This document shows positions 62,178 through 64,000 of a stretch of DNA of 64,000 bases, piece by piece. Within the stretch, counting starts at the first letter, position 1. The number at the start of each line of letters is the position of its first letter. Position numbers and translations under genes: made by a program. The notes beneath the pieces were generated by a model that ran no database searches, was not told where the DNA came from, and saw only the letters and a program-made list of their open reading frames with translations. The DNA is taken from positions 720,086-784,085 of the forward strand of contig NIVC01000215.1 in NCBI GenBank assembly GCA_002269645.1, given 5' to 3'. Source of the DNA: Macrostomum lignano (Eukaryota).

Positions 62178-63059
62178 TCTGTGTTTTGCTTTTTGTGCTT
62201 GAGAGCTGCTTAGAGCTGCAATCGGGGCGACAGTAAGCAAGTCATATAGTGCTCACACAACAACACACACACAGCAGCGAACGAAGTCTGTGTGCATCTT
62301 AATCAAGTAGCTAGCTACAATTTTTAAGTGCTACCAACCAGAGTATAACTTAGCTAACTACCAAAGGAATTTCACTCTTTCTACTCATACAACTAATGAT
62401 CGACGCTGGTTGCATTGATAAACCTGATAAACCTGACCAGCTCGCAAGGGATGCCTAGAAATTATACATTTACGAGCCGTACACTCCATTTCCACAGATT
62501 AGAACACAAAAGCCCAGTAGCTAGTTATTGCACTACAAAATGTCTAACTCTTATACATAAACTGAAACAGCCCCACTGTCAGCCTGTGAGCGAGAGGCCC
62601 CTAAGCCTTGAGGAGCATGAAACTATATACGTGACTAGGAAGCAGCAAAAATATTGGTAAAAGTAGAGCTCAAGCCGAAAAACGATTGTTGGTTGTTGCA
62701 ACAACTTTGTAAGTAACTGATGCACCCAGTACAACAATGTAATTTACGACAAGTACATGACTGCCCATCAGAACAGAGCAGCTGGTACCATAGTATAGAG
62801 CATGGCTGACAGGCTACGATTTACGTACTGTATAAAATGCGTCTGCGCTTTACAGTGCAGAGCTGTAGAGACTGCAGTTGTGTAGTATGTAACTGAGTAT
62901 GATGCAACATTGATTAGTAAACGGCCAGCACATGTAATTACAGTTCACTATAAGTTGCAGTTTGATCAGCAGGCATCCAGCAACTCGTACAGGTCGGTAG
63001 GAGCGCCGCGATCAAGCCAGCATACAGGTTGGTATAGCGCGATCCGCAACGCACATCGA

Positions 63060-63182
63060 TCACTTCTTCTTATGACCGCCCTTGGCAGCGGCCTGCTCGC
63101 CCTCGGCTTTTTCCGGCTGCTGCTTGGCGTCCTTGCTGGCATCGGCGGCCTTCTTGTCGGCGGCGGCTTTCTTGGCAGGCAT
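63060..63182 (-). CDS. Microprotein A copy 9
   Basis: Same ORF as copy 1. Confidence 0.8.
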   Translation of the reverse strand: MPAKKAAADKKAADASKDAKQQPEKAEGEQAAAKGGHKKK

Positions 63183-63909
63183 GTTTGTCTGTTGAGATTA
63201 GGAAGCTGATGCTTGGAGCTGCAATTTGAGAAGCGAGCAGCTGAGGTTTGCAACGTGACCAACGTCAACTTCAAGTATAGCTAGCTGGCTGTACATCCTC
63301 ATTAGAAAAACTATCTAGATATATTCTCACGGGCACTTCTTCTTCTTTAACCGCTTATTGGAGCAGTGCAGCTCTACAAGGACCATTGGTGCATATCTAG
63401 CCTCTAGTTGGATGTGCTGGACAACGAAATCTAGAGGATGCTATATCAAGCCAAATACAAGTAATGCCCCTTTCTCTGTCTGCAACTGCTGATCTAACAC
63501 AAAACATGCTAAGCATATAGGGAAACAGAGAGCATTTAAAGAACGAGAGCCGAAAACACCTGCTTGCTTTAAAAATACTGTCCAATATGTAATTTGGAAA
63601 TGCTACTGTAATTATTCTACAATCAAACAACTTTTTTCAATGGATCAATTTACAACTATAAGCTTTCGTCAGCACGTGAGTAAGGTTAGTACAGTACAGA
63701 ATACAGTAAGTAACCTTGCAGTTTCAGAGCTGGGTGCTGCGACTCTTTAGCCCCAACAAAGACGATACGCTAATGCGGACAGATTATAGTATACTGTATG
63801 TACAGGTATAGAGATAGCTCAGAGTTCCACTCAGTCACGCCAATAGTAGGCCTGGCTGTCATGCGGTGCAGAGCACACCTAACAATTGATCTCTCTGAAT
63901 CGCATCGCA

Positions 63910-64000
63910 TCACTTCTTCTGACCGGCCTTGGCGGCAGCGCCACCAGCCTGCTGTTGTTGTTGCTGCTGCTTTTGCTGCTTGGCGTCCTTGTTGGCATCG
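63910..64000 (-). CDS. Microprotein B copy 9 (3' part; start lies beyond the window)
   Basis: Same sequence as the C-terminal part of copy 1. Confidence 0.75.
   Translation of the reverse strand, partial: DANKDAKQQKQQQQQQQAGGAAAKAGQKK

Larger units (their letters stand above)
47790..64000. repeat. Tandem gene array, unit 1870-1877 bp, 8 complete units plus a partial ninth, open at the window end
   Basis: Unit starts at about 47790, 49660, 51537, 53414, 55289, 57164, 59039, 60916, 62791; the same ORF set recurs at these offsets. Confidence 0.99.

Noticed and set aside
47790-64000. Histone, 5S rRNA, SL RNA or snRNA tandem cluster
   Set aside because: No histone-fold ORF, histone stem-loop, 5S or snRNA sequence was recognised in the unit; a covariance-model search would be needed to exclude ncRNA fully.

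Overview
Eukaryotic (metazoan) genomic DNA. GC-rich exons and GT-AG introns bloated by minisatellites resemble the free-living flatworm Macrostomum; this is inferred from style only. Left half: an 11-exon B-box/coiled-coil/extended-Tudor gene (4382-15554) whose last six introns each hold a different minisatellite, and an intronless PKA regulatory subunit with an RII-type docking domain but a non-phosphorylatable RRVAV hinge (19362-20543). Middle: micro/minisatellites, a disrupted C-type lectin/PAN gene, a decayed DIRS/Ngaro-type tyrosine recombinase, a hAT-type MITE with an 8-bp TSD, and nearly CpG-free AT-rich blocks. Then a 5-exon F-box/LRR gene (43139-47554). The last 16 kb (47790-64000, running off the window) is a near-identical ~1.875-kb tandem array (at least 8.6 units). 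Each unit carries two paralogous, uninterrupted minus-strand microprotein ORFs: a 40-aa Lys/Ala-rich peptide (missed by the ORF track) and a 46-aa Gln/Lys-rich peptide. They share the pattern MPAK...AADAxKDAKQQ...AAAKxGxKK and two upstream motifs. This two-peptide cassette is the strongest candidate for an undescribed system. No rRNA, tRNA or CRISPR array is supported.
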